A stretch of 64,000 bases of DNA. Origin: an uncultured Planctomycetaceae bacterium. Its GTDB lineage: Bacteria > Planctomycetota > Planctomycetia > Isosphaerales > Isosphaeraceae. Location: positions 2,688,001 through 2,752,000 of the forward strand of contig CAWIAD010000002.1 of the NCBI GenBank assembly GCA_963833985.1. The letters run 5' to 3'. Position 1 is the first letter of the stretch, and each line of letters begins with the position of its first letter. The translations under genes and the position numbers were made by a program. Of this stretch, positions 51,159 to 61,696 are shown piece by piece. The notes beneath the pieces are model-generated. The model was given only the letters and a program-made list of their open reading frames with translations, had not been told where the DNA came from and ran no database searches.

Positions 51159-51878
51159 ATGAGGCGCTTGATCGTGCCGGTCCTGTTTATGGGCCTGATG
51201 CTCGGACTGGCGGTTGCCGGCCTTGTGTCGTTGCGGGCCCAGAGCGGCACCCAGGGTGCCGTGGCGGACCCCGCTCACTCGCCCCGCGAACCGTCCGGTG
51301 CGAATCCGCGGACGCAATCCGCGTCGATCCAGGAATCGCTCCTGAAGCCGTTCGCGTTTCGATTTGCCCGGCCCACACCCCTGGCCGACGTGGTCCAGAT
51401 GCTCAATCGCGAGCTGGGATCACCCGTGGTCCTGGACCGCGCAGCGCTCGACCGCCTTGACGTCAAACCCGACGACACGGTCCAGCTCGAGCTGCACGGC
51501 GTCCGGCTCAAGACCGGCCTCAAGCTGCTGCTCGATCAGCTCGGGCTGACTTACAAGGTGGTGGCCGAGGATAACCTGCTGATCCTCACCGACAGGCAAG
51601 GCTCTGAGGACCCGATCGAGCGGGTGATGGCCGAGGTCCACGAGCTGCACCGCGATATCCATGACATCCAGGACGCCCTCGACGAGGTACGGGAGCTCAT
51701 GGGGCTCGCGGACGAGGAAGGGGCGAAGGTGCGGAAGCCGACGATCATCGAGGAGCTGCCCGAAAAGCCGGAGGGGAACGGGCCTGTACTCCGCCCGCCT
51801 TCGAAGCCGCCCACGCAATCTGATCCGGCGCCCAGGCCCTCGGCCGCACCTGTCCCGCGCCCGCGCACTCGCCTGTGA
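51159..51878 (+). CDS. Exported protein with STN/secretin-N-like domain and coiled coil
   Basis: N-terminal TM; TPLADVV..L.....VVLDRAAL...V.LEL.GV.L...L.LLL.QLGLTY.V....LLILT. Confidence 0.65.
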   Translation: MRRLIVPVLFMGLMLGLAVAGLVSLRAQSGTQGAVADPAHSPREPSGANPRTQSASIQESLLKPFAFRFARPTPLADVVQMLNRELGSPVVLDRAALDRLDVKPDDTVQLELHGVRLKTGLKLLLDQLGLTYKVVAEDNLLILTDRQGSEDPIERVMAEVHELHRDIHDIQDALDEVRELMGLADEEGAKVRKPTIIEELPEKPEGNGPVLRPPSKPPTQSDPAPRPSAAPVPRPRTRL

Positions 51879-53218
51879 AGCAAGCGGCCGCCATTCCCCG
51901 GGACCTCGACCAGCATGCAGCCAGGGAGCAAGACGAGCAGCGGGAACGGCGGCCCACCGCCCGGTGGCTCTGCCGGCGGTCGCGACGACGAACCGCAGCC
52001 AACGGGGCTGGACCCGCGATCTCCGCGCCGCGCACTCGCCGGGGTGCCCTGGCCAGGGGGCGGAACTGGCTCACCGAGCCGCGGACCACCGTGCTGATCG
52101 TGCTGGGCGGCGTGGTCCTGGTGGGCGGAGCCCAGAGGCTGCGCCAGGCGTGGAAGGCCAGGCGGGCCGTGCACCGCCTGGGTGAGCCGGACCTCAGCCC
52201 GCCGGAGGTCGAAGCGGCCGCGGCGCACGGCCGCTCCTGCCTTCCCGAGTTGTTCCGGATCCTCGGCGAGACGCCCGCGCACTCGCCACTGCACGATGCG
52301 GCCGGCCGTGCCATCGCCGCGCTCTGGACCCAGGACCAGCTCATCGCCGAGGAGGAACAGGCCCTGGTCCGCCGCGGGTTCGTCGCCGAGTGGTACGCAC
52401 GCCGGCGCTATCCTCGAGACATCGCCAGCGAGATTCCCATCCGGGCAAGTTACGGGCTGCCGTTTCTGAGGGGGGAAGGGCCGGGCATCACGCCGGAAAA
52501 CCTGGAATGGTCGCACCGGGTCACGGGCGCCCGGCGTGCGGCGCTCGAGGAGTTCTCGGCCTGGGCGCCGGGCCCGGGGCAGGTGCAGTTCTCACTGGTT
52601 CCCGCCGACTTTGACAGCAACGGCCCGCACCGCCTGACGCTGCAAGCGCGCGTGCGCACCCGCGGCCTGACCGACGCATGGCAGCTCGAGTTGCCCCATC
52701 TGCCGTTCAGCTTCGAGTTCGACCCCCGGCTCAAGGTTCGCTCGCTGCTGGCCCTGCCGGACGCGGAGCGCGCCCTGACCCTGGCGCGCGCGGTGCGCCT
52801 GGAGCCCATCGCTGTGCCGGCCACCGACGCCTCGCGGTTCTTGTCGATCGGGGGCGAGATGCTCGTGCGCAATCCGCCCGAGATCGTGATTGCGACGCCC
52901 CTGCCGTGCGACCTGGCACACCGGGTCTTCCTGGAATTCGAGCCGCCCGCCGGCCGCGTCCCGGCAGGGCTTGTGCTCCTCAGCGGGCAGGGCGAGGGCC
53001 GGGGCCAGCAACAGCCCGGCTCCGGAGAACCCCGGCGCTGGGCGATCGGCCCCGTCGAGCCGGCCGCTCCGGCTCTCAGCATCCAGCCGGGGAGCCTGCG
53101 CCTGCGCGCCTGTCTGGAGCCGGATCCGGATCGGGGCTGGACGGATCCCGACATCCGCTCGATCTGGCCGGGCGCCATCGAGACCGGCTGGGTCACGGTC
53201 GAGATCGTCCGTCGCTGA
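51875..53218 (+). CDS. Hypothetical membrane-anchored protein
   Basis: 447-aa ORF with one hydrophobic segment, 4-bp overlap with the upstream gene; start uncertain. Confidence 0.6.
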   Translation: MKQAAAIPRDLDQHAAREQDEQRERRPTARWLCRRSRRRTAANGAGPAISAPRTRRGALARGRNWLTEPRTTVLIVLGGVVLVGGAQRLRQAWKARRAVHRLGEPDLSPPEVEAAAAHGRSCLPELFRILGETPAHSPLHDAAGRAIAALWTQDQLIAEEEQALVRRGFVAEWYARRRYPRDIASEIPIRASYGLPFLRGEGPGITPENLEWSHRVTGARRAALEEFSAWAPGPGQVQFSLVPADFDSNGPHRLTLQARVRTRGLTDAWQLELPHLPFSFEFDPRLKVRSLLALPDAERALTLARAVRLEPIAVPATDASRFLSIGGEMLVRNPPEIVIATPLPCDLAHRVFLEFEPPAGRVPAGLVLLSGQGEGRGQQQPGSGEPRRWAIGPVEPAAPALSIQPGSLRLRACLEPDPDRGWTDPDIRSIWPGAIETGWVTVEIVRR

Positions 53219-53254
53219 GCCGAGCCGAGCCGGGCCGGGTCGGGCCATGCCACC

Positions 53255-54340
53255 TCAGGTATCGCGGCCGTTTACCAGGCGGGCGGCGACGCGGACGGCT
53301 TCAATGAGGCTGGACGGGTCCGCGATCCCCTTCCAGGCGATGTCGAACGCCGTGCCATGCGCCACGCTGGTGCGGACGATGGGCAAGCCAAGCGTGACGT
53401 TGACCGCGCGGCGAAACCCGGCCGTCTTGAGCGCGATGTGCCCCTGGTCGTGGTACATGGCCACCACGGCGTCGAAGGCCCCCGCGAGGGCGTGGTGGTA
53501 GAGCGTGTCGTTGGGAAACGGGCCGTGCACGTCGAATCCCTGGGCGCAGGTCTCCTCGACGGCAGGCCGGATGATGCGGATCTCCTCGTCGCCGAAAAGC
53601 CCGTTCTCTCCGGCGTGCGGATTGAGCGACGACACTGCCACGCGTGGACGGCGCCCCCCTGTGAGCGGCCGCATGGCGCGGTCGGCCAGCCGGATCTTCG
53701 CCGCGACGGCGTCGGTCGAGAGCAGGGCAAAGACCTGCCGCAGGGCCACGTGCAGTGTCACGTGGACCACCCCGAGCCCGGGACGGCGCTCGCCAGAGCC
53801 GGGGTCGGGAAACCGATCCGGATTGGCCGCGAGGTAGAGCATCATGGCGTGATCGGCCACACCGCAGCGCTCGGCGAGGATCTCCGTGTGACCGGGATGC
53901 GGCACGCCGGCGAGCCGGAGCGATTCCTTGGTCAAGGGCAGCGTGGTGACGGCGTCGATGGTGCCCGCGCGCGCCATATCGATGGCGGCGATCAGGAACG
54001 CGTGGGCCGCGGCGCCCGCGCGGGCGTCTACCTGCCCGGGCGGCACCTCGCTGAGCGGGCCAAGGTCCCGGATCGCGTCCGGCTCGATGCAAGGGATGAG
54101 GTCGCCCGCCGGCTCGGCGTTCCCGGAATCAGGCACGCACTTCACCCGGGCCGGGCTGCCCACCAGGGCGAGCGCCCGCCGCAGCACCTCGGCATCGCCA
54201 ATGACCAGCGGCCGGCAGAGCGCGTGCAGTGCGGGGTCGTTCCAGCCCAGGGCGATGACCTCCGGCCCGATGCCGGCCACGTCCCCCATGGTCAGGGCAA
54301 TGCGCGGTAGGTTGCTGTCTCGAGTCGGAGAAAGAGCCAT
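53255..54340 (-). CDS. pdxA: 4-hydroxythreonine-4-phosphate dehydrogenase
   Basis: TMGDVAGIGPE, PGHTE, LNPHAGENGLFG.EE, AMYHDQGHI, VNVTLGLPIVRTSVAHGTAFDIA. Confidence 0.96.
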   Translation of the reverse strand: MALSPTRDSNLPRIALTMGDVAGIGPEVIALGWNDPALHALCRPLVIGDAEVLRRALALVGSPARVKCVPDSGNAEPAGDLIPCIEPDAIRDLGPLSEVPPGQVDARAGAAAHAFLIAAIDMARAGTIDAVTTLPLTKESLRLAGVPHPGHTEILAERCGVADHAMMLYLAANPDRFPDPGSGERRPGLGVVHVTLHVALRQVFALLSTDAVAAKIRLADRAMRPLTGGRRPRVAVSSLNPHAGENGLFGDEEIRIIRPAVEETCAQGFDVHGPFPNDTLYHHALAGAFDAVVAMYHDQGHIALKTAGFRRAVNVTLGLPIVRTSVAHGTAFDIAWKGIADPSSLIEAVRVAARLVNGRDT

Positions 54341-54432
54341 GTAGGTTGCTGTCTCGAGTCGAAGAAGAAGCGATGCTGGTTCACGAAACACCTTGGTGGA
54401 TCATCGGCCGTCGCGGCACACATTCTTCGAGG

Positions 54433-54820
54433 GTAAGCATCTGAGAGCTCCTCTCCAGCGACGGCCAGGCGCTGATCGCCGGGGTCATCGGACGTCTGGA
54501 ACAACGGATCGCCGACCTCGAAGCGCGGCTCAATACCAGCTCCACCAGCTCCTCGGGACCTTCTTGCGTGTGCCGGGTGAGGGCCTGTCGAACAATGTGG
54601 CGGAGCGCGCCTTGAGGCATGCGGTGCTCTGGCGCAAGACCGGTGGCGGAACCGAGTGCGATTCGGCGAGCCTGTTCGGTGAGCGGATGCTGTTGGTGGT
54701 GGCGACCTGCCGCCAGCGGAACCGCAACGCGTTGGACTTCCTCATCGCCTGCCATGAGGCCCACCTGTCTGGCCATCCTGCTCCCTCATCGTTACCCAGA
54801 GAGGCCGCTGGAAGCGCTAC
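54433..54820 (+). mobile_element. Internally deleted IS66-family remnant
   Basis: LEQRIADLEARLNTSSTSSS (N-terminal coiled-coil/DUF6444-like) lies directly against SNNVAERALRHAVLWRK..GT....ERML.VVATCRQ (IS66 C-terminus); tentative ends GTAAGC... and ...GCTAC. Confidence 0.75.
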
Positions 54821-54842
54821 TGCTGACCTCGGGCCGCGGTCG

Positions 54843-56654
54843 TTATTTCTTGCCAGGGAATTCGACCAGCGTCCGCCGCATGGCGTCGGGCGGCCTGGGT
54901 GCGAAAACCCGGCCGCCGAGACTGTTGATGATGTGGGTGATCTCGCTGCCGGACCGGCCGTCCAGCCAGACGGTCGTGAGGTCTCGAAACCTGACACCGG
55001 GGACGGCGGGAGCCTCGACGGCGCTCTGGAGCTTCACGGCCGCGTCGCGGAAATAGCAATACACCCCCACGCCCCAGGCATCGTGGCTGGTCACGCCGTC
55101 GGCGACCTTGTACGAGGCGAAGCCGTTACTTTTGCCGCTCATCCAGGACGCTTGATCCGGTACGTCATAAGGAATCTCCGACTGGTACATGTAGACGCGG
55201 CCGCCGTTGCCGTTCCAGAGCGTCTGGTACTCCTCGTGGTGCTCGTTGAACAGGCCGTAGATGGTCACGTCGTTGCCGTTGACGACCAGGCCGTTCTTCG
55301 TCGGGTTGGTCGTCCACGCGGCGCCGGTGCCGTGGTCCGCACGCCAGATCCAGATCTGGTCCGCCACAACATGGTTGCTGTTGATCTGGATGCCCACGTC
55401 GTTCCTGCCCGCCGCAGGTCCGCCGGTACGCACCGTCAGGTCGTAGAGGAAGGTGGGGTTGGCCGAATGATCGGCCTTGCTGTCCGCGGGTCCAACCTCC
55501 AGCAGCGTCGACGATCTGACCGCCCCCGCGTCGAGAATCAGCCCGGCGATCTTCACACCGTCCACGTCGGCCACCGAGAGAATCGGCAGGCCTTTTTTCG
55601 GAATCAGCGACGGCACGCCGAGACCGAGCAGAATGGTATCGGCCCTGGTGATCCGCAGGGTGTCGTCGAGCGCATAAACCCCGGGCGTGAACAGGATGTG
55701 CTGGCCTTTGGCCAGTGCGGCATTGATCCTTTCGGCCGTTGCCTCTTTGGGCCGGGCGATGTAGAAGCGGTCGATGGGAATCGATTCGCCGGGAGTTGGG
55801 CCGTCGAGCCAGCTAACGCCCCGGGCGTCGGTCTGGAGCGTCGGAACGAAGACGCGGTATGCGCCGGAGCCGTCGAGGAAGAGGTAAGGCTTTTCCCGAA
55901 TCACGGGCGTCTTGTCCACCACCGTGTAGGCCGGGTTCGGGAACGTGCCCTGGGGGGTGTTGATGCAGCCAACGAACACCATGTTCCACACGGCGTTGCT
56001 CCACTCGGACCATTTGCTGTTGCGCGAAAGCCATTGCTGCTGCGAGGCGGGGACGACCTTGCCGTCCACGACCGAGTCCGCCAGGAACCCACCGCTGGCG
56101 TAGCCCACGTTGCCTTTCGGGCCCCAGTCGAACAGTTGAAGCTCGCCCTTGACGTGCAGGCGGCGCAGGGGGGCAGCCTGGGAGACCGCAATGCGCGTGA
56201 CGCCTCTGGTGGTCTTGTAGGGCACGTTGGACGACGGCGTGACGGCGAAGTTCTCCAGCGTCCGCCAGAAGTTGTTCAGCGCGTTGCCGTTGGGATCCCA
56301 CTTGGCGTTCACAGTCAGAGCGCCGTCGATGTGTACGTCGTCGGGGTTTTGCCCCAGGCCGGCCACATGGGTGTAGAAGCCGACGTTGAAGTTGATCTTG
56401 TACTTGCCCGGCTTGAAGAGCAGTGCATAGCGTTCGGAGCCGAACTGGTTCTTCTCCATTTTCGAGAAGATGTCGTTCGCAGTTTTCTCGACTTCGGCGG
56501 CGGGCATCTCTGGGTCGAACACGAACACGTTCGGGCCGAAGAGGGTGGCATTGGCACTGGAGGGCGGTGCGCCGAAGGCGGCAACCGGGACCGCAGCGCA
56601 GAGGACAGCGAGGGCGGGCAAAGCCAGGGGGATGAAACGTGCTCGCGAGAACAT
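54843..56654 (-). CDS. Secreted GH55-like exo-beta-1,3-glucanase
   Basis: ALLFKPG.Y, VGFYT.VAGLG, NNFWRTLEN, AVSQAAPLRR, SGGFLADS, SQQQW, WIWRADH, GLFNEH, YQSEIPYD. Confidence 0.75.
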   Translation of the reverse strand: MFSRARFIPLALPALAVLCAAVPVAAFGAPPSSANATLFGPNVFVFDPEMPAAEVEKTANDIFSKMEKNQFGSERYALLFKPGKYKINFNVGFYTHVAGLGQNPDDVHIDGALTVNAKWDPNGNALNNFWRTLENFAVTPSSNVPYKTTRGVTRIAVSQAAPLRRLHVKGELQLFDWGPKGNVGYASGGFLADSVVDGKVVPASQQQWLSRNSKWSEWSNAVWNMVFVGCINTPQGTFPNPAYTVVDKTPVIREKPYLFLDGSGAYRVFVPTLQTDARGVSWLDGPTPGESIPIDRFYIARPKEATAERINAALAKGQHILFTPGVYALDDTLRITRADTILLGLGVPSLIPKKGLPILSVADVDGVKIAGLILDAGAVRSSTLLEVGPADSKADHSANPTFLYDLTVRTGGPAAGRNDVGIQINSNHVVADQIWIWRADHGTGAAWTTNPTKNGLVVNGNDVTIYGLFNEHHEEYQTLWNGNGGRVYMYQSEIPYDVPDQASWMSGKSNGFASYKVADGVTSHDAWGVGVYCYFRDAAVKLQSAVEAPAVPGVRFRDLTTVWLDGRSGSEITHIINSLGGRVFAPRPPDAMRRTLVEFPGKK

Positions 56655-57084
56655 TCTGTGCGCTCCATGAAGGCTGGACGCTGCTTCCCGGCATACCCGG
56701 TGGAGGATCTGGCTTCCGGAACAGCCCGAATCGGTGACCGTCAGTATAGGGGCTCTGCTGCTTCCGGGCTATCCCGGCTCGTGAACGATTGCCTTCGAGG
56801 AAGCCGCCCCGTCTGTCCAGCCAGCCCGTGGCCCCACCGATGGCGAAACGCGCTTCGTGCCTGGCGCCGCGTGTTGGCGGCGTCGGCCCGAACCGCTATG
56901 ATAACTACGTTCCGCTCACCGGTTTCCCCGTGTCTTTCCCGGGTGGTCGATCGCGCTGGACGATGATCGGGCGTGCGAGGTACGGGCCGTCCCGGGCACC
57001 GCGCACCGGGCCGTTCCAGGTGTCGCCTGGCTTTCGTCTGCTCCCCTCCGGGACCGCTTTTTTCTCTCTAGAGATGGCAGGGCC

Positions 57085-58877
57085 ATGCTCAATCAAGCGA
57101 TCAAGGATGCCGTCCTCACGCGAGTCTTGCCCGGAGTTCGAACCCCGGCGCAGTACATCGGCGGGGAGCTGAACAGCATTGCGAAGGACCATCGCAGCGC
57201 GCGCGGAACGGTTTGCCTGGCGTTTCCCGACACCTATGCACTGGGCATGAGCCACCACGGGCTCCAGGTGCTCTACAGCCTCATGAACGCGAGCGGCTGG
57301 GCCTGCGAGCGGGTCTTCACGCCCCTGCCGGATTTCGAGGCCGGTCTCCGCGAGCACGATCTGCCGCTGTACGGTCTGGAGACGTTCACGCCGCTCTGCC
57401 ATTTCGACGTGCTCGGCTTCTCGCTCCAGTACGAGGTCTGCTACACCAACGTGCTGACGATGCTGGACCTGGGCCGGATCACGCTGCACGCCGAGGACCG
57501 CGGGCCGGACGAGACGCTGGTGATCGCGGGCGGACCGGGCGGTCAGAACCCGGAGCTGCTCGCGCCGTATGTGGACCTCTTCGTGATGGGCGACGGCGAG
57601 CCCAGCCTGCCTGTCGTGTGCGGCCTCTGGTGCGAGATGAAAGGCTCGGGGCTTTCTCGGGACGAGAAGCTGCGCGCATCGCCGGCAGCGTGTCTTGGGC
57701 CTATGTGCCGCGGTTCTACGAGCCGATCTATGCGGAGGACGGCACGATCGTCGAGATCCGCCGGCTGCGCGACGACGTCCCTGAGGGAATTCGCCCGTGC
57801 GTGATCGCGGACCTGGAGGGAACGCCCTTGCCCACGCGGCCGGTGGTCCCTTTCGTCGAGACCGCGCACGACCGCATCGCCATCGAGATCATGCGCGGCT
57901 GCCCGTGGCAGTGCCGCTTCTGCCAGAGCACCGTCATCAAGCGGCCCCTGCGCTACCGCACGGTGGAGACCATCGTCCAGGCCGCGCTCGAGAGTTATTA
58001 CAGCACCGGCTACGATGAGATCAGCCTGCTGTCTCTCTCCACCAGCGACTATCCCCACTTCGAAGAGCTGGTCACGCGGATGAGCGAGGTGTTCACTCCG
58101 CTGGACGTGAAGATCTCGCTTCCCAGCCTGCGCATCACCGAGACCTTGAAGAAGATTCCGGCGCTGTTGCAGGAAGGACGCCGCAGCGGGCTGACCCTGG
58201 CCCCCGAGGTGGCGCGTGACGACATGCGCGAGCAGATCCGCAAGCCGATCAACAATGAAGACCTCTACGAGGGCTGCGCCGAGGCGTTTCGCAGGGGCTG
58301 GCGCAAGGTGAAGCTGTACTTCATGTGCGGCTTGCCCGGCGAGCGCACGGCCGATCTCGACGGCATCATCGACATGGCCGAGACCATCGCGCGGATTGGC
58401 AAGGAGGTCACCGGACGGTTTGCCGAGGTCACGGCCGCCGTCTCGAACTTCGTCCCCAAACCGCACACGCCCTACCAGTGGAACGGGATGAAGCCGCGCG
58501 ATTACTTCCAGTGGGCGCACCGCTACCTGCGCGCGCGGGTCCGGCTCCGCTCGGTGACGGTCAAGGTGCACGACATCGAGCGCAGCCTGCTCGAGGGTAT
58601 CTTGACCCGCGGCGACCGCCGCGTGGCCTTGGCGATCGAGGAGGCCTGGAGGCGCGGGGCCCGGCTCGACGGCTGGTCCGAGCATTTCGACGCGCAGCTC
58701 TGGTGGCAAACCTTCGAGGACCTGGGCATCGATGTGGCGTTCTACAGCCAGCGCGAGCGCCCCGTCGACGAGGTCCTGCCCTGGGATCATATCCACATCA
58801 AGTACGGCCGTGATTACCTGGCCAAGGAGCAAGGCCTCGCGGTGGTGCAGCTCGAGTCCATGGCAGGCGCGGGGTGA
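57085..58877 (+). CDS. B12-binding radical SAM protein, TIGR03960-like (frameshift near 57675)
   Basis: PAQYIGGELN, LAFPDTY.LGMSH.G, EIMRGCPWQCRFCQ (CxxxCxxC), LTLAPE, KLYFMCGLP, FVPKPHTP. Confidence 0.9.
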
Positions 58878-58908
58878 GAGCGAGCAAGCGGGACGAGCAG
58901 GCCGTGCG

Positions 58909-59721
58909 TCAGCCCCTGGCGGCCACGGCCGCCTGCTCTGGGACGGCCTCGAAATACAGGACGGCGTAGCTCGCCCGGACCCGGCCGCCGGGCAAGGCGC
59001 ACACGGCGCTGTCGCGCTCGGCCAGCCGCCTCAGCTCTCCGCGCGTGAGCAAGGCGGAGGATGCAGCGAGCGGCCCTCCCGTGAACCCCAGTTCCTTGAT
59101 CTCCCGGAACAGGCCGCGGGTGCTGTCGTGCTCGGTATGCAGCGTTTCCTGACGGGAGCCGAGGACGCGGAACCCCGCCCGACGCAGGCCCTCCAGCGTC
59201 ATCGCCACGGGCGGCAGCCGGTCGCGCGGGGGCTTGTGCGGCGCGATCTCGGCGCGGAGGCGGTGCAGCTCCCCGAGCGTCCCTTCCACCATCAGGGAGC
59301 AGAGCAGCCGGCCCGACGGCTTGATCAGCGTGGCCAGGTGCACGAACAGCGAATCCAGCGGCTGCATCCACTGGAGCGACGAGCTGCTGGCGATCAGGTC
59401 GTAGACCGCCCCCGCGCGATGCGCGCGGGCGTCGTTGACGAGCCAGCGCACACGGACGCCGGCATTCAGCGTGCGCCGGGCTTGCTCGATCATCGCGGCC
59501 GAGAGGTCGATGGCGTCGATCTGGGCGTGCGGATGCCGCTCCAGCAGGCCGCCGGTGAGGAAGCCAGTGCCGCAGCCGAGCTCGAGAATGCGCCCGGCCG
59601 GAATCGGCGCGCTCGCGTACTCCAGGAGCGTGCGCGCCACGGCCCGCTGGAGGCCGGCCCGGCCGTGATAGACCGGCGCCGCACGGGAAAAGTGAAGCTC
59701 CGTGGATCGGTTGTCGCTCAT
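58909..59721 (-). CDS. bioC: Malonyl-ACP O-methyltransferase BioC-like
   Basis: FSRAA..Y...A.LQ, ILELGCGTG, SSLQW, GTLGEL; last gene of the bio operon. Confidence 0.85.
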   Translation of the reverse strand: MSDNRSTELHFSRAAPVYHGRAGLQRAVARTLLEYASAPIPAGRILELGCGTGFLTGGLLERHPHAQIDAIDLSAAMIEQARRTLNAGVRVRWLVNDARAHRAGAVYDLIASSSSLQWMQPLDSLFVHLATLIKPSGRLLCSLMVEGTLGELHRLRAEIAPHKPPRDRLPPVAMTLEGLRRAGFRVLGSRQETLHTEHDSTRGLFREIKELGFTGGPLAASSALLTRGELRRLAERDSAVCALPGGRVRASYAVLYFEAVPEQAAVAARG

Positions 59722-60515
59722 GCCCGAAGACAGTCCGCGGTCAAGAATTGCCGGATGGCCGGAGCCACCAGCTCCGGCGCGGTGGCGGGCAGGCTGTGGC
59801 CGGCATCCGGTATCAGAAGCAGCTTGCTGCCGGAGATCTCCGCCTGAAGCAGACGGCTCGCCTTCCACGAGAGCACCCGGTCCTCGCGGCCGTGGAGGAT
59901 GAGCAGGGGCTGATGGACCTCCGCCAGCCGCGGCGCAGGTCGAAGGCCTGAATGTATTCCAGACCGTGGATCAGGCGAGCAGGATCGCAGGCCAGGGCGT
60001 GGCGAAGATCGGTCGCCAGGCGAGCTTCCGCTCCCCCCGGCGCATGCACGAGCGACAGGAAGCTCCGCAGCGTCTCCACAGGGTCGCGCCTCAGCCCGTC
60101 GATCAGCGCGCGCACCGGATCCGCCGGCGTCCGGCGGCGATCTCCGGCCGGCGGACAGAACTGCGCAGGAGGCAATCAGCACGAGCCCGGCCACCCGGTC
60201 TGGAAAGTGGAGGGCCGTTTCCAGGGCCGCCATGCCTCCCATGGACCAGCCGATGAGCAGGGACGGACGGCCATCCCGCGCGAGCTCGGACGCCAGGGCG
60301 GCCGCATTCGCGGAGGGCGCGCCCGGGCCGGCGAAGGCTGGCTTGCCGCAGGGCGCGCGAGGCAGCGCATCGACCGAGATTGTTCTCGCAATCGCCGCGT
60401 CTCCGCTGGCCGCGCGCGGGACGGATCCGCGGCAGAGGGCCTGCGCCAGCGGCTCCAGGGCCTGCGCGCTCTGGGCCCAGCCGGCAATCAGGATGACGCG
60501 CGCCGGGCCGTTCAC
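59718..60515 (-). CDS. bioH: Pimeloyl-ACP methyl ester esterase BioH-like (compensating frameshifts likely ~60170 and ~59935)
   Basis: IAGWA, IGWSMGG, LILHGREDRV, DAGH; lies between bioF and bioC. Confidence 0.78.
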   Translation of the reverse strand: MNGPARVILIAGWAQSAQALEPLAQALCRGSVPRAASGDAAIARTISVDALPRAPCGKPAFAGPGAPSANAAALASELARDGRPSLLIGWSMGGMAALETALHFPDRVAGLVLIASCAVLSAGRRSPPDAGGSGARADRRAEARPCGDAAELPVARACAGGSGSSPGDRSSPRPGLRSCSPDPRSGIHSGLRPAPRLAEVHQPLLILHGREDRVLSWKASRLLQAEISGSKLLLIPDAGHSLPATAPELVAPAIRQFLTADCLRA

Positions 60516-61696
60516 AGAACTCCCTCCTCGCGGGCGGCCTCGGCGATCAGGCCGGCGGCCCGATCGAGGTCACCCGCGCTGTGCGCCAGCGTCACCGAGA
60601 GCCGCAGCCGGGCGGTGCCCCGCGGCACGGTCGGCTCGCGGATGGCCATGGCGAGGATGCCCCTGGACCTCAGCCGCGCCGAGAGCCCCAGCGCGCGGGT
60701 ATTGTCGCCGATGAGGAGAGGAACGATCTGCGTGCCGGAGCTCATGACGTTCAGTCCGTGCTCGCGCAGCCGGCCGCGGAACCGGTCGGCGCGTGCCAGC
60801 AGGGACGGCCCCAGCCCGGGCTCGGCCTGGAGGATCTCCAGCGCCGCCAGGGCCGCGGCCGCGCTGGCGGGCGGCAAGGCGGTACTGTAGATGAACATGC
60901 GCGACCGGTTCACCAGCAAGTTCCGCAGGTCGTAGGACCCGGCCACGAACCCGCCGTAGCTTCCCAGCGCCTTGCTCAGCGTGGCCGTGCAGGCGTTCAC
61001 CCGCGAGCCGAGCCCGTACGCCGGCACCAGTCCGGCGCCCCCTGGCCCGAAAACCCCCAGCGCATGGGCCTCGTCCACGAGCAGCATGGCCTCGTGGCGG
61101 GCGGCTGCCTCGCACAGGGATTCCAGCGGTGCCATATCTCCGTCCATGCTGAAGACCGACTCGGTGGCCACCAGGAACCGCGCGCCCGGCGCTCGGCAGG
61201 CTGCGGCCCGGGCCATCATGCGAGCCAGCTCGTCCACGTCGTTATGCGCGAAGCGGTATAGCCGGGCGCGGCTGAGCACGATCCCATCGATGATGGTCGC
61301 ATGAACGAGCCGGTCCGCGAAGACGACGTCGTTGCGGCCCAGCAGCGAGCAGAGTACGCCCAGGTTCGCCAGGCAGCCGGAGCCGTACACGATCGCGGAC
61401 GGGCGGTCGAGGAAGGCGGCCAGCTTCTCCTCGATCTCGGCATGGCAGTCGAGTGTGCCCGTCACCAGCCGCGAGGCGCGGGCTCCGGCACCGTAGCGGT
61501 CCAGGGCCGCGGCGGCGCGGGCTCGCACACGGGGGTCGCCTGAGAGGTTCAAGTAGTCGTTGCAGGAGAAGTTAAGGTGCTCGCGGCCGCCCAGGGAAAA
61601 CTTGCCACCCGCCTGCGGCAGCACGTTCAGTTCGCGCCGCAGTCCGTCGGCGCGCAACTGGTCTAGTAGCGGCGCGATCCAGCTTTCATTATCCAT
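60512..61696 (-). CDS. bioF: 8-amino-7-oxononanoate synthase
   Basis: NFSCNDYLNL, ASRLVTG, ESVFSMDGD, VDEAHALG, TLSKALG, PTVPRGTARLR. Confidence 0.95.
   Translation of the reverse strand: MDNESWIAPLLDQLRADGLRRELNVLPQAGGKFSLGGREHLNFSCNDYLNLSGDPRVRARAAAALDRYGAGARASRLVTGTLDCHAEIEEKLAAFLDRPSAIVYGSGCLANLGVLCSLLGRNDVVFADRLVHATIIDGIVLSRARLYRFAHNDVDELARMMARAAACRAPGARFLVATESVFSMDGDMAPLESLCEAAARHEAMLLVDEAHALGVFGPGGAGLVPAYGLGSRVNACTATLSKALGSYGGFVAGSYDLRNLLVNRSRMFIYSTALPPASAAAALAALEILQAEPGLGPSLLARADRFRGRLREHGLNVMSSGTQIVPLLIGDNTRALGLSARLRSRGILAMAIREPTVPRGTARLRLSVTLAHSAGDLDRAAGLIAEAAREEGVL

Noticed and set aside
54393..56966. 857-aa plus-strand ORF
   Set aside because: IS66 fragments read through into the antisense of the GH55-like gene.
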